DNA from: Nymphaea colorata
Lineage: Eukaryota
Length of the DNA stretch: 64,000 bases
Direction of reading: 5' to 3'
Assembly (NCBI RefSeq): GCF_008831285.2
Contig: NC_045138.2
Coordinates: forward strand, 3,906,001-3,970,000
A program made the translations under genes and the position numbers. The notes beneath the pieces are model-generated. The model was given only the letters and a program-made list of their open reading frames with translations, was not told the origin of the DNA and searched no databases. Position 1 is the first letter of the stretch. Every line of letters begins with the position of its first letter. This document shows, piece by piece, positions 12,635 through 25,665 of this stretch.

Positions 12635-13329
12635 GACGTTACTTCACTGTTGTCCCTTTCAATGCATTTTTATCAGTACAAGGCCCGAGAGTTCCAAGTT
12701 AACATCAGGTGGCCCATATTCTAGCAGACATTCACCATCAAACCATTCTAGACCATGCACCTACCAGTCGGATGCATTGCACTCGACCGCATCGTCATTA
12801 TTCAATTGCTTGGCGCAGGCGCTTCTTACTAGATTGGGCCATGCCTAACCCTATGACATGCTTGATTTAATATGAATCAAAAATTTCCAGAATTAGAGAA
12901 TTAAAGCCTCCAAGACATGTTTCCTGAAAAAATTCTAAAATTCTAAAACTATAATTCCACTTCCAAAGTGGAATCATAATTCTGAATTTTTTTATGACTC
13001 TATTATTTCTTTCTTTGATAATGCAATTCTCATTTTTTTTTGTCTGAATTCAAACCCTTGGTCCCAAATTTAGATCCCATTCCATGTTTCCATCTCAGCC
13101 CAGATCTAAATCTAACATTCAGATCCAAATCTGAATTTTATATCCAAATTATAGATCCAAATCCAAATGTATTAGCCTAGATCCATTCTAAGATTTTGAC
13201 CTAGATCCAAATCCAAATTAGGTATGGTTTGCAGGGAATTAAAGGGTCGGTGCTGGGTATGGGCGGGATAGGATAGATGAAAAGCTGGATTGATGACGAG
13301 CGTGAGTGACCTTCAAGCTTGATCATTTT

Positions 13330-13705
13330 ACAAATAATCTTTTGGAGTTTTAAACGGTGAGATTTTTCTCGGGCATGAAAAAAACAACAAAAACACGAGA
13401 AAAATATGGTAAATTTTTAAAAATTTTAAAAAACTAAAACTGAAAAGAAAAGTGAGAAACTAATAACATAAACATCAAAAGATAAGATTTGTAACAAATA
13501 AAAAATGAAAAATGAAAAAAAAAAGTGTTTGACATTAAGCAAAATGAAAAAAGAAAAAACTGAGAAAATGCGATTTTTTTTTGTTTTTAATGCCTTTTTC
13601 AAAAAAGTGTGTTTTCTTTAAAGTTTTAAACAGCTGGTTATTTTATCGCATTTTTTTCACATTTTTCTCGGAAGAAAACGTGTTTGACTGTTTTCTGTGA
13701 CTATG
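13330..13705. mobile_element. Probable MITE fragment (terminus ...GTTTTCTGTGACTATG; related start CACTGTCACAAAAAAC at about 11362)
   Basis: AT-rich body with AAAACG/CGTTTT motifs and a hAT-like CATAGTCACA terminus. Confidence 0.4.
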
Positions 13706-14289
13706 ATTGAAGAATTCATTCCCGCCAACGGTGGTTCGAACCACCAAGTAGACCTACGCTAATATCGGTCGATGCCACCGGCAGGTCAAGGCAGTCGTTG
13801 ACTCGTCCCGACTCAAATTACCTTACATAGGCACAGCCAACCGCCTCCTTGAGACTGTTTGGTGTGCAAGCAAAGGGAACGGCATCTGTTTGGGGGACTC
13901 CAAATCGAGCATGTTCTATCCAATTACACAAACTAAAAAAGTAATCGGAATTTGATAATAAAAACGATTACTAACCATAAAACCAGTATTCGCTTTTTGT
14001 GATACTAAATGCAAGTTGTCAGCTATTCTTTTCAAAGCTATTTTAAAAAAAAGAAAAGCAATAATGTTAAAATGTCATATTACTAATTTATTTATATAAT
14101 ATATATTGTTCTGATATTTTTTTATGCAATATATTCAAATATATTATATATATTAGTAACTAAATTATAATAATAATATATACATGTTTATTTTACTAAT
14201 AATAATATACCCTCACTACATAATCACACTTAAAATTGTTGGAATGAATGTGCCGACACCGGCACCGACATCCCACACTAGCTGACTTA

Positions 14290-14490
14290 GAATATGCAAC
14301 CAACTACTAGAACCTAGGAGCACCACCTAAGAGTCAGACTGAAAGGAAGGATAAAGGATATTGTTAAAGAAACAAGAGCTTCCGCCACCTAAATCAAAAT
14401 TAAAGGTCAGCCAAACATTTGACATTAAAGAACCTGAATCTTCTTGTTTATGGCTAACCAGGAAGCGGGGCCTTGTTATATATACTGCGT
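14290..14490 (+). promoter_or_regulatory. Laccase proximal promoter with TATA box (14477-14484) and AC-rich MYB-type motifs
   Basis: TATATATA lies 70 bp upstream of the ATG, with ACCAACT and CACCTAA motifs nearby. The region is conserved in the duplicate at 28458-28685. Confidence 0.6.
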
Positions 14491-14546
14491 CCAACTTCAA
14501 CTTCTCAGCTACGAGGTGGTCGAATGGCATTGGCCAGGCCATAGAC

Positions 14547-15892
14547 ATGGACTCCCACAGGGCCATTCTCCCCCTGCAGCTTCTCTTCTGCCTTGTCTGC
14601 TGCTCACTCGCATCGCAGGCCGATTGCAGCACCACTCACTACCATGACTTCGTTGTAAGTTCTGCTTACTTCCCCTGCAGTCCGCCTTCTTTTCCTGATG
14701 ATTTCAAGTCTGGAAACATTCATCTGGGACTTGGTGCAACGTTGGTCAGCCCATGTCAGAGAAATGTGCTCTACTTTTTTGTTTTTAATCCTTGTTTCTT
14801 TGAAATTTCAGAACATTCTTGTGTTTGAATGCTAGTAGTTTTTCATTGATGTGAATGTGAAGATAAGACCCATTTTGGTATAATCTGTGTTCCTCGACAT
14901 AATCCCTTTCCTGCAGGTGGCTCCAACAAATTACACGCGACTCTGCAGCAGCAAGAATATTTTGACCATCAACGGCAAGTTCCCAGGGCCAACTTTGTAT
15001 GTAAACAAGGGAGACAGGTTGATTGTGAACGTAGTCAACTTGGCTCCTTGGCCTCTCACTATCCACTGGTATATGGCCTACCTTCCTTTCAACTAGTTCT
15101 GGCAAAATTCCTATCATTTCAGGCGAGGACCATCCTAGAAAATCCTAGTTTTTTAATCCTTGGGAATTCCAAATTTTGTATATATTTTTTATTCAACTAT
15201 TCATCATATCTATGTTAGGTCATTTATTTTCTTCATTGAAAACGCTTTCAAAAAATTTTTGTAAAAAAACAAAAAAGAAGAAGAAGAAGCAGCTAGGCTT
15301 TGTATTCATTATCTCAGTGCCAAATTATCTGACTATTTTTTAGAACTAAACAACACTAGGGAATTGTTGTGAAGGGGTTTGGGGCCCTTGTCAGGCCTGT
15401 GGCTAGTAGGCGGTCAGTCACTAGTTTGAGAAACATGAGCACCAGCTTTGTGCTAATGCAAAAATAGTAGCGAAGCATTAGTTTATGTGCTATGCACTGA
15501 GGGGCGGCGCGAGAGGAATTCGGATCTGACCTGAACAGTGGAATGAAATGCTCTCTTCAAACAGGAATATTGATAAATATTTCTGCTTAGTTCTGTTTGA
15601 CAAATATTGGTAAAGGAATGAAACAGGCATGGACTACTGAACCCGGGGAACCCTTGGTCGGATGGGCCGGAATACATCACCATGTGTGGCATCCCAGCAG
15701 GAACAAATTTTACGCATGATTTACATCTTAGCGAGGAGGAAGGGACCATCTGGTATCATGCTCACAGCGACTGGACCCGTTGGACGGTCCACGGTGCTGT
15801 TGTGGTCTATCCCAAAGTTGGAGCCGCCTATCCATTCCCCAAGCCGGATAAGGAGTATGAAGTTGTCATAAGTAAGCTGCTACTTCTCTCTC

Positions 15893-15969
<77 letters not shown>

Positions 15970-18835
15970 AATTAGAAAGGAAAATTGAACTTCATTTTTG
16001 CTGTGAATGACACAAGCTGATCTCTCTGTCTCTCTCTTTATATATATAAAGAAACTTGAGTTTCATTTTTACTATGAACGACACAAGGTGAATGGTGGAA
16101 AATTGATGTGATGGCCATGCTGCACGAAAAAATATTGACTGGGGCGGACTTCAACAAATCGGACGCATTCACCATAAATGGCCAACCAGGTGACCAGCAC
16201 AATTGCTCTGAAGAAGGTTAGTATTGCATTCTCTTGAGAAGTTAAAAATTCATGTGATGTAGAAGTGTTTGAACAAAACACTTGTATGGAATGGGTGGAT
16301 CCTTCCAATAACAGCTTTCAACCCAATGAGTCCTGCTTTAATCTGAAAATTCTGTTCATATGTCTGTGTATACAAAGCGAAAGGTTCATCTCTGCCTCCC
16401 GGAATGAGAATCGAAAGCCCCTCAGTCCTCCTGTCAAGGTTTTGAGATGTGTTGGCATCAACAATAACAGCAAGTTAGTTTGCAACAGCAATGTTCTAAG
16501 TTGGTAGCTAAGATATTCGGTGCTTTGCGACCAGAATTCTCTCTCTTTACTGAGGTGCCTATTTGAGAGGAAGCCTTTAGTGGTGGGTGACAAGATGGAA
16601 CGGGATTAATACTCGGTTCCAAGGGAAAAACCATCTCTCAATGCGCTTCATGGAGAAAGAAAACAAAAAAATGTCACTCTTCGTAAAGAAACCATTTGTT
16701 AACCACGGTTGGTCTTGACAGAGCAGCAAGCCGCGGTTGTTTGTCAACAAGTGCCAAGAAACAGCAGCTTATATCAAAACTTAGGAAACTGGACTGTGTT
16801 TTAGTTATTACTCCAAAGGTTGGACGGCCTTTTCTAAATATTTTGCTTTTAGTTTTTGAAGTTATTAGGGATGTCAATATAAACTGGATATCCGACCCAA
16901 TTGTTTCTAAAAAATTGGATATGGGAAAAAAAATGACATCCAATTAAATTTGGATTCAAAATTCGAATAATACATTAATATTCGATCCAATTTGGATCAA
17001 ATTTAGTTTTAAATAAAGATCATATGTCTAATGCTCTTACTTTTTTTAAAACCGGTCCCAATTCAGTTAAAAATTCAGATTCAGATTGGATTCGACTGTA
17101 AAATAAAATCAAATTTCAGATTCAAATTTCTTTATTCATAGTTGAATCTATACGTTAGGAAACGCAGAGATATCCAATTCAAACGTGATCCAACGAAGTT
17201 TCTAGTTATGACCCATTGCAACTGTTAAAAGCTTGTATCGACAGGTTCGGTTTGACCGTAACGATATTATTTCCTGATTGTCGCCCTTTGCGCAGGAATG
17301 ACTCGGTTTGCCTTTGAGCATGGCAAAACCTACCTTCTTCGCCTCGTCAATGGCGCAATGGCAACCGGCCACTTCTTTGGCATAGCAAATCACACACTTA
17401 GGGTTGTTGGTAGGGACGGATCGTACCTGAAGCCTTTCGACACCGACTTCGTCGTCATCAGCCCAGGGCAGACGATGGACATTCTGGTGCAGGCCAACCA
17501 GACGGAGGGCCTCTACTACATCGGCCTCAATCCTTACATTGCCGTCAACGAAACGCTGTATTATGACATCACGGTGACCACGGCTTTAGTGGAATATGAG
17601 GGTTCCAACACCACCTCCCAGACCTCCATCCCCTTCCCTGATCTTCCCGGAGTTCTCGACACCACAGCCGCATATGATTTTGTGGTGCAAGAGCGGAGTT
17701 TGGCATCAGAGGAGCATCCCATCGATGTCCCGATGGAGGTCGACTCCAGGTTTCTGTTCACTGTGTCCATGAACTTACAGCGCTGTCCAAATGACAGCTG
17801 CAAAGCCATATTGGGCACCAGATTCTCCGCAAGTATGAACAATGTATCATTTGCCAACCCTTCGATCGACGTTCTGGATGCCTACTATCAACACTTCCAG
17901 GGTGTTTACACCACCGATTTTCCGAGCTACCCACCCTATCTGTACAATTTCACGGATGATGATCTTCCGGATAGTCTTAGATATCCTGAGATTGGAACGA
18001 GGGTGAAGGTGTTGAACTACAATGAAACAGTGGAGATCGTGTACCAAGGAACGGCTGTCTTGCAGGCGATCAATCATCCGATGCACCTACATGGGTATGA
18101 TTTCTATGTGGTGGGGCGCGGTCTTGGAAACTTTGATCCCGATAAGGACCCGTTGAACTACAATTTGGTTGATCCACCACGGGAGAACACGGTTGGAGTC
18201 CCATATGGTGGTTGGGCTGCCTTGAGATTCAGAGCAAACAACCCAGGTAATTGTTACATCGCTTCTCTTTTCCATTCCCTTGTTCTGCCTAGAATTGGTC
18301 ACAAGTGAAGCAAAACAACTGCCTTGCAATAGAAGCAAACACTTGAACCATAATGTACATGTTCCTGAAAAGAGATGATCTGGTCATAGTAATGTCATGT
18401 TATTAATCAATCAGCTACATAGCCCCACTACACATCTCCATCATCTAGGTACTACCTGGTTTGGCATACCTGCTCTCCGTTTTGCTCTTTCATGCTAAAC
18501 GTGTATTCCCAAAAGTAAATATTGTTGCTGCTTAACTTTTACCAAGAAAATGAATTTTTGGATGACATCAACTGTTACCTCATTGTGATTGTAACTTTAT
18601 GTAGTTCTAAGTGATCTATCGCTTGACTGTTTCTATTTTTTGTCAACGTACAGGTGTTTGGCTCCTGCATTGCCACTTTGAACGCCATTTTACGTGGGGG
18701 ATGGCAACGGTATTTATTGTGAAGAATGGTCCTACAAATGAGACCAGCATGTTGCCTCCACCTCCGTATATGCCCAAGTGCTCAGATGCGGAGATTATTG
18801 ACAACAGTGGCGGTTATGACCCATCTGATCAGTGA
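14547..18835 (+). CDS. LAC: Laccase (multicopper oxidase), LAC14/LAC15-like, 6 exons, 588 aa
   Basis: Exons 14547-14654, 14917-15068, 15627-15871, 16088-16216, 17296-18246 and 18654-18835, all with GT-AG introns, total 1767 nt in frame. Internal exon sizes 152/245/129 are typical of plant laccases. Signal peptide MDSHRAILPLQLLFCLVCCSLASQA. Cu motifs IHWHG, WYHAH, HPMHLHG and HCHFERHFTWGM are all present. Confidence 0.95.
15886..15967. repeat. Compound (CT)n(AT)n microsatellite in laccase intron 3
   Basis: Visible repeats. Confidence 0.95.
16866..17200 (+). mobile_element. Degenerate TAGGGATGTCAA-family MITE in laccase intron 4
   Basis: Starts TAGGGATGTCAATATA, decayed ATCCG/GGAT motifs. Confidence 0.6.
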
Positions 18836-19485
18836 AATTATATGTAAAACTAAGAGTGCCTAGTCTTAGTAATAAATGGTTACAGACCTTGTTAGGATAC
18901 AGCTTTTCATGTGGGAGTTAATTTTTCCCTCTCTCTCTTCCTCTCTCTCTCTCTCTCTCTCCCCTCCCCCAAACTACAGCTTCCTGGGGTAAACAACTGA
19001 ACTACCAAAACGCCACACAAATTATTTGTTTGAAATAGCTCAAAATGCAACAAGTTCCATGCTTATCTTGTGAGAACTAGCAGCCTGTAAGTGGGACCAA
19101 GTTAACAAGGTTTCACAAATTTTTGAGGGCCATCAATTGCTGAAGTCAATTGACTGTATTCCTCAAGGCAGGAAAAAGCTTAAAGGTTTCGCTAACCAGA
19201 ATCTGCCAACATGTGGCAATTGGCAAGTTATATGGCCGCATTTTTCATTGCGAACCTACATGAAAAGATATGCACTTCGGGTGAGCGGGATGACCTGCCG
19301 ACCAAGAAAGGTTGAAGCCCTCATTGAACCTCTTATCCCCTTAGGGTACAAGGTCTACATTTTGTGCCTCAAGGTGCCTCCCTTGCCATGCTTCAACTTA
19401 TAGGCTAATCAAAAGATACATGCTTCATGATGAGTAGTTCTTTTGTAGTATATCAGAAAACAAGAAACATCATCTTGCTATTTAT

Positions 19486-22195
19486 CTATGTCACATGGGT
19501 GCGGGTACGATACGGTGCGGATACGGGTGCCGATACGACAAGTTTCACAATTTCGAGATACGCGGATACGACAAATATAATATTATCAAAAGATTATAAA
19601 TTGAAAAAAAATAAACAAAACATTTTTATCACAAAACATTGTTTATCAATATCATGATTATCATCATTCTACTCATTGTCAATGCCCACATCGTCCTCAG
19701 ACACATCTTTTTCATCCACAATTTCACATGTTGATGGAATAGAAGTTCTTCGAATCTTGAATTAACAACTTCAAGTTCATTGTCGTCTTCTAAGTTAAAG
19801 TCCTCAATATTCACGTCCCAAGATTTAGTTTCTCCTTCCCTACGAGACAAAAAAAATAATTGTAATTATTATGATATTAGCTAATAATAACTCAGAAGAG
19901 AAACGTCTAAATCGATAAATTATATACTTATTTACCTGTATTCTTTTTTGCTTCGTGATAGAAGTCGAAGGTTAGAATGCACATAAACCAAATCTTTCGC
20001 AAGTTTGCTTGTGAGATTATTTCGTTTGATAGTATGGATTTGTGAATATATACTCCAATTTCTCTCACGGCATGAAGATGTAGCAGGTTGAACTAATAAT
20101 ATGAAAGCAAGGTATTGAAGAGTAGGAGAAGTAAATCCATGTTGAATCCACCAAGATATAGATGGATAATCATCTTTATCTGCAGTTGCACATACATCTT
20201 CTCCAATTCCAGTAGTAAACCTTTCAAACTCATCATTAGCTTGGCGATTTTGATGTACATCAATAAAAATCCTATTAATACATGTCAATCTGTTTTTTGA
20301 TAATTCTGCATCCATATGTGGTGGGGTTCTTCCAATACCTTCTACAAGCCACTTTTTTTCATAATATTTAAGATTTGATGTATGTGTCATGCATTGAAGA
20401 TGATTGCTACTTTTATCCCATCTTGCAATCAATATTTTATGCACATGATAAAAAAATGTTGAATCTTTAAGTGGCAATATTTTTTTTCTCATGCTTAAAA
20501 ATGACGTCTTGCATTTTTTCAATCATTGTGTCTCACATCTCATAAACACAGTGCAATATTGAATTATCACAATCAAGAACTCTCAACATCTCCCAAATAG
20601 GCTATGTGAATGCAAGAAAATAAAAGATTTTATCCCACCACTTGTCTTCAAGAATCAGTCTTTTGATTGCTTAAGCTTTGTCATCATCATCAGCATGATA
20701 AAAATTCCAATCATCATCAGTCACCATACTAATCAATGCACTTTTAACCCTTTTTATCATTTTGACCATAACAATTAAGGATGCAAAATGTGTCTATGCA
20801 ACTCTTAACAATTTTAGATCAGAATGTTTGTTATAAATGAAAAGTGCATGTTGATTATTTACTATGAAATTTCTAATGTTCCTGACATCTTTTTTTGAGT
20901 CTTCAATCCATGAACATAATTCATAAGCTTGAGGATCTTGCTCTTTACTTGATGGATTGCATATACTCGTTAGAGCCAAATTTAAGTTGTGGATTGCACA
21001 AGGAGTCCAAAACATATGAGGGTACTCATGTTCTATTGCAACACCAACTGCTCTACATACAAGTGCATTGTCCGTTATTATTTGAACAACCTTCTCTTTT
21101 CTCACTTCTTCAATCATTTCCATAAACAATCATTTCAAATATTCAGCAATTTATTATTCACCAGATGCATCTATTGTTTTTAAGAAAATTGGTCTATTTG
21201 CTAAAGTTGCAATGAAATTAATAAGAGAGCATCTATAAGAAAATTGGTGAATTTGTTAAAGTTGCAACAAAATTAACAAGAGGGCACCTTTGCAAATCTG
21301 TCCAGCCATCAGAAACAATAGAAACTCCACGTCGCTTCCAAATTTCCTTTGGATACTCTAACAATTTGTTAACTTGAACCTTTTGTTGTTCTAGTAGTAC
21401 AGTACGAAGCCTTTCAGAATTAGGGGGAACATAACCAGACAAGTTAGAATTTACAATAGATGTAACTAAATCTCTTTAAAATGGACTTCTAGCTACATTA
21501 AATGGTGTACAATTAGCATAAAATATAGTATATAGTATAAAAATTAAACTATAATTTCAAAGTGTCATACAACACTACAACAGCAAGCGTGATGGGTTGT
21601 TCGTTGATCTTCGTGATGGACTTGATGGTTTGTTGACTAACTTGACTTTTTATATCGCCAAAATTTAAAGGACCATCTCTGTTATGGCCCATGTCGAACC
21701 AGTAGGTTCAGCAGTAGAACCGCGGAACTGTTGGAAAATCGATTAGCACTGAATGATGCAAGCAGTGGATAGATTAGCAAGATCACCGCTTGCAGACTTT
21801 TGAAATGCACTTAAAATTGGAATTTCTCAGCAATAGGTGCTTCTTGTCAAATTACTAGTGTCTAAAAGAGCATCATCAGTTTTATCTATGGTTATTTAGA
21901 GAGTTAGCAACGAAGATCAACGAACAACCCATCACACATCACGCATCATGCAACAAAAAGTTAATGAGTTACGAAATTCGAAACTTAAAAAACCCCAAAA
22001 TGAAGAACACAGTTAAACTTGATAAGAAAAAAAAACCCACTTACCTGACCGTCGCCGACAGCTGCCGGCAACGACTAGACATCGCCGAAAGTCGTCACTG
22101 CCACCCGCCATCGCTCGTCGGGTGAAGGTCAGCCGTCAGGTGAAAAGGAAGAAGGTTGGGTGGAAAAGGAAGAAGGCCGTGCTAATCCCACGTCC
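19486..22195 (-). mobile_element. Decayed hAT DNA transposon (DUF659-type transposase plus C-terminal dimerisation domain)
   Basis: ORF fragments GVSIVSDGWTDLQRCPLVNFV (21233-21442), VVQIITDNA...FWTPCAIHNLNLAL (20794-21129) and WWIQHG..PTLQYLA..LLVQPATSSCRERNWS..HTIKRNNL (19932-20522). The terminus CTATGTCACATGGGTGCGGG with GATACG subterminal repeats is at 19486. Stops and frameshifts are present. Confidence 0.9.
21589..21935. repeat. 347-bp segment bounded by perfect 26-bp inverted repeats (possible small MULE-like insertion)
   Basis: GTGATGGGTTGTTCGTTGATCTTCGT (21589-21614) and its exact reverse complement (21910-21935). The flanks ACAGCAAGC and ACATCACGC match at 7 of 9 positions. Confidence 0.6.
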
Positions 22196-22789
22196 ATATA
22201 TATATATATTGTAGGGCAGCTCGGGTTTGGCATGGCCCCTACCAATTTGTTACCAATAAGTACTTCTTTGATAGGAAAGCGTACTGCTAAACAGATTTTT
22301 ATCGTTTGTAGAAGTCGTCTTTGTGAGATATCTAGAGATTGGGTTACGTAATTTAGTGGAAGCAACCCGGACATGAATAGAAGACCTCCCCCTTCATCAA
22401 GGGTTGCTTCAGGATTTGAGTGAATCTATGGTACATCCGTCTACTAGAGTGTTTAACCTACCAAAAAGAAAGCCATGGATTAGCAGCAAAGCTGTGGGAA
22501 AATAATTACACAATAAGTTCGGTCTTCTGCAGACTGCGAACAGTAATGTGGATGAAGAAGATGCTGGCCCTTCTCCACCACTTAAAGATAACTACTTTAC
22601 TCTCCAATATGACAAGGGGATCACCAAACCACCAAGCAAAGTATAAAAAGTAATGCACACTCCCATCAAATCTATGCTAGAAAAGATAACGACGGGTTTG
22701 GGTGATGACATGGAGCTATGTGCCAATGCCAACAAGATGAATTCATCTACTCCTCCTGGTTTCACTCCTAAGAAAAATGGAGAGATTCA

Positions 22790-23643
22790 CTTGAAAATCC
22801 CCTTTGAATGAAGCTCCAAGATGATGCTTTCAAGAGGGTTGTAGCTTGCTCCAAGTTGGAGAGGAAAATGGAGAGAAGAAGAGGGAGAAAGAGAAAGCTC
22901 AAGAGAAACTCTAAGTCTTCAAGTGAGAATACACTAGAGTTTCTCCCAAGAGCAATCTTGCCCAAGATGGGGGATATGGGAGGTATTTATAAAGGATTTT
23001 GGAGCCAAAACCAAAAATTTAAATTTTTTGACCTAAAAAGACTAAAATCACCCTCCAAAAAGAGATTTTTTGGTCAAAAAGAAGGGCAAATGGGTCTTGT
23101 CCACCCAAAAAGACTAAATTACCCTCTAAAAAGAGGTTTTTTGGTCAAAAAAAGGGCAAATTGGTCTTATCCACCCAAAAAGACTAAAATTACCCTTTAA
23201 AATGAGGTTTTTTGGTCAAAAGAAAGGGCAAATTGGTCATGTCCACCCAAAAAGACTAAAATTACCCTCTAAAATGAGGTTTTTTTGGTAAAAAGAAAGG
23301 GCAAATTAGTCTTATCAACCAAAAAGACAAAAAATTACCCTCTAAAAGGAAGTTTTTTGGTCAAAAGGAAGGCCAAATTGGTCTTAAATGATCGATTTGG
23401 ATCTAAACTTGGGTTTTGGATCTGAAAGTAGTATTTTGGATTGAATTTGGATCTAAAAGTTGTATTTTGGATTTAATTTGGATCTAAAAGTTGTATTTTG
23501 GATTTAATTTGGATCTAAAAGTTGTATTTTGGGTTTAATTTGGATCTAAGAGTTGTATTTTGGATTTAAATCTTGTGCCTAAATTTGAATTTCACACTTG
23601 GATAAAACATCATAGTCCTTTAAAAAAATTTGGGGTGATTACA
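22790..23643 (-). mobile_element. Truncated 5' portion of an Ogre-family LTR
   Basis: The reverse complement begins TGTAATCACCCCAAATTTTTTTAAAGGACTATGATG and is collinear with 49504-50550, including the 31-bp and ~72-bp arrays and TATAAATACC. Confidence 0.9.
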
Positions 23644-24557
23644 GTTTTATCTTGAAGATTTTCTAGACTCAGATTTTATGAGTTTAAATTAACAATTGAG
23701 ACATTATAAGAATGATATTTGTCATCATCAAGTTTCCAAAATTTAGGTATACTATCAGATGTATGTGAAGTATTGATACGTTATAGAAAAAAGTGAAGAA
23801 TATCCTTATGTATACAGGTTATTTAGTGTCATTCTAACACTTCCTGTCTCTACTACAACCACAGAAAGGGCATTCTCTACTATGAAACTTATTAAACAAG
23901 GCTGCGTAACAAAATGGAGGATGAATTCTTTGCAGATTGCCTACTTTTGTATATTGAGAAAAAAATTGCTCAAATATTTGATTCGGATGATATTATTGAT
24001 GTCTTTTACACAATGAAAAGTCGTAAAGCACAACAACAATAGGTACAATATTTTTTTGCATCCTTTTTATGTTAATGTTTATTTGAGTTATTTTTCAGTT
24101 GCAATAATAAATGATGTAGTTTTTATTTTCATTTTATTATGCAGATGAATGAATGATGATATGGAACTATTTTCAATAAAAACAAAGGCAAAACCTTATT
24201 GTGTTACATATAAAGAATGCAAAACTGTTGGTTTTAGGTAAGTAATATTTATTTTTTTGTTGTGATATTTGTATGTTTACTTTATGCTCACACCTACGTC
24301 ATTATAATAGTAATAAAGCACCTCATCTGTTTAGGACAGACTGTACTTTGTACTAATGACACAAACAATTATTAAAATATGTCGTAGGATAGGTCGCACT
24401 TCATGTTCATGTTGTGGGCAATTATATATGACATATGTTCACTTCTACTACACTGTGGTGTGCAAATACTATCTACAGTGTGTGAGTCTATATGTAAATA
24501 CTACAGTTTGTTGAACCGTTCGGTTCGCCTTGAGAAAAAATCTTGGCTTTGCCCCTG
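23644..24557 (+). mobile_element. 3' remnant of a second hAT transposon (Tip100/ZMYM-like dimerisation domain) with terminal TIR
   Basis: Manual translation at about 23790-24042 gives EEYPYVYRLFSVILTLPVSTTTTERAFSTMKLIK/RLRNKMEDEFFADCLLLYIEK (frameshifted). The end GGCTTTGCCCCTG at 24557 is a CAGGGGC-type hAT terminus. Confidence 0.8.
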
Positions 24558-25019
24558 GCGTCTCCATTTCCCCCCCTCTCTCTCTCTCCCCTCTTTTTCA
24601 TTTCTTTTTTACAGTCCCTTTTTCTATCTCTTCGATCTCACTCTCTGCAATTTCTCTTGAAACTCATTTTCTCTTTCTTTTATTAATCTCTCTTTGATTT
24701 CTCTCTCTACCTTTCCTTATCTCTCTCTCTTTGATTTCCCTTTGAAAAATTTCTCTCTCTATTATTAATCTCTCTCTGTCTATCCTAGATTTGCCCCCCT
24801 CTACCTCTCATTCTCTCTCTCCCCACTCCGATTTATCTCTCTTTTAATAATATAGATAAGGTTGATCTATGACATAATTTTTATTATGAATAAGGTTGAT
24901 ATTTCTTGGCCCTCTCCCTCTCTCACACACCTTTCTTTACTGTTTAGTTGCTAAATTTATAAAATTTTATAAGAAAGAATAGACCCATTGGTTGGCATCA
25001 AAGTTAAACATGCCCACCA

Positions 25020-25587
25020 CTGCTTAATTTGGACTGTGGTGAGCCGATGTGCTCTACACGCTGGCAAGATCCTCCTAAAGAAATCTGGAAAAATCACTCA
25101 ACCCTATACCCTACGCTTCTGCATCACCTAGACTTTTCCTTTCTCAAGTTTGGATGAGTCATCTCCACTTCTTTTTTTATTATTATTATTTATTGGGGTG
25201 GATCTCTTTTCAATTTCTCTCTTAAGATCTCTCTTTCTATTTCTCTTCAATTTATCTCTCCTTTAATTTTTTTTCTCTTTCTCTCTAAAAATCACTTTGC
25301 CTCTCTCTTTTATTCATCTCTTACTCTTCAATTTGTCGTTCTCTTAAAATCTCTTTTCCCTCTCTTTCATTAGACTCCATCTCTCTTAAAGTCTCTCATT
25401 CTCTCTTCTATCTTGAAGGTAACTTGGTAGGTAAACCAAGCTAATAATTGAGATTAAAATAAGTCGAAACCATTATACCCAACCTTTATGTCATTAATAT
25501 ATATATACACATATAATTTTTCTGAACCAGAATACAAGAGGTAAACTTTACAGTGTATGTGTGTGCAAGATTGGTCTTTGCTAGCCT

Positions 25588-25665
<78 letters not shown>

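Noticed and set aside
13715..13790. tRNA gene suggested by the palindrome GGTGGTTCGAACCACC
   Set aside because: No convincing cloverleaf or acceptor stem; at most a SINE relic
14361..14546. Upstream extension of laccase exon 1 in the ORF track
   Set aside because: It starts at TTG and spans the TATA box; the ATG at 14547 gives a proper signal peptide
1653..18835. NLR-laccase functional pair or integrated-domain fusion
   Set aside because: Opposite strands, more than 10 kb apart, and the adjacency appears to result from a deletion; no evidence of coupling
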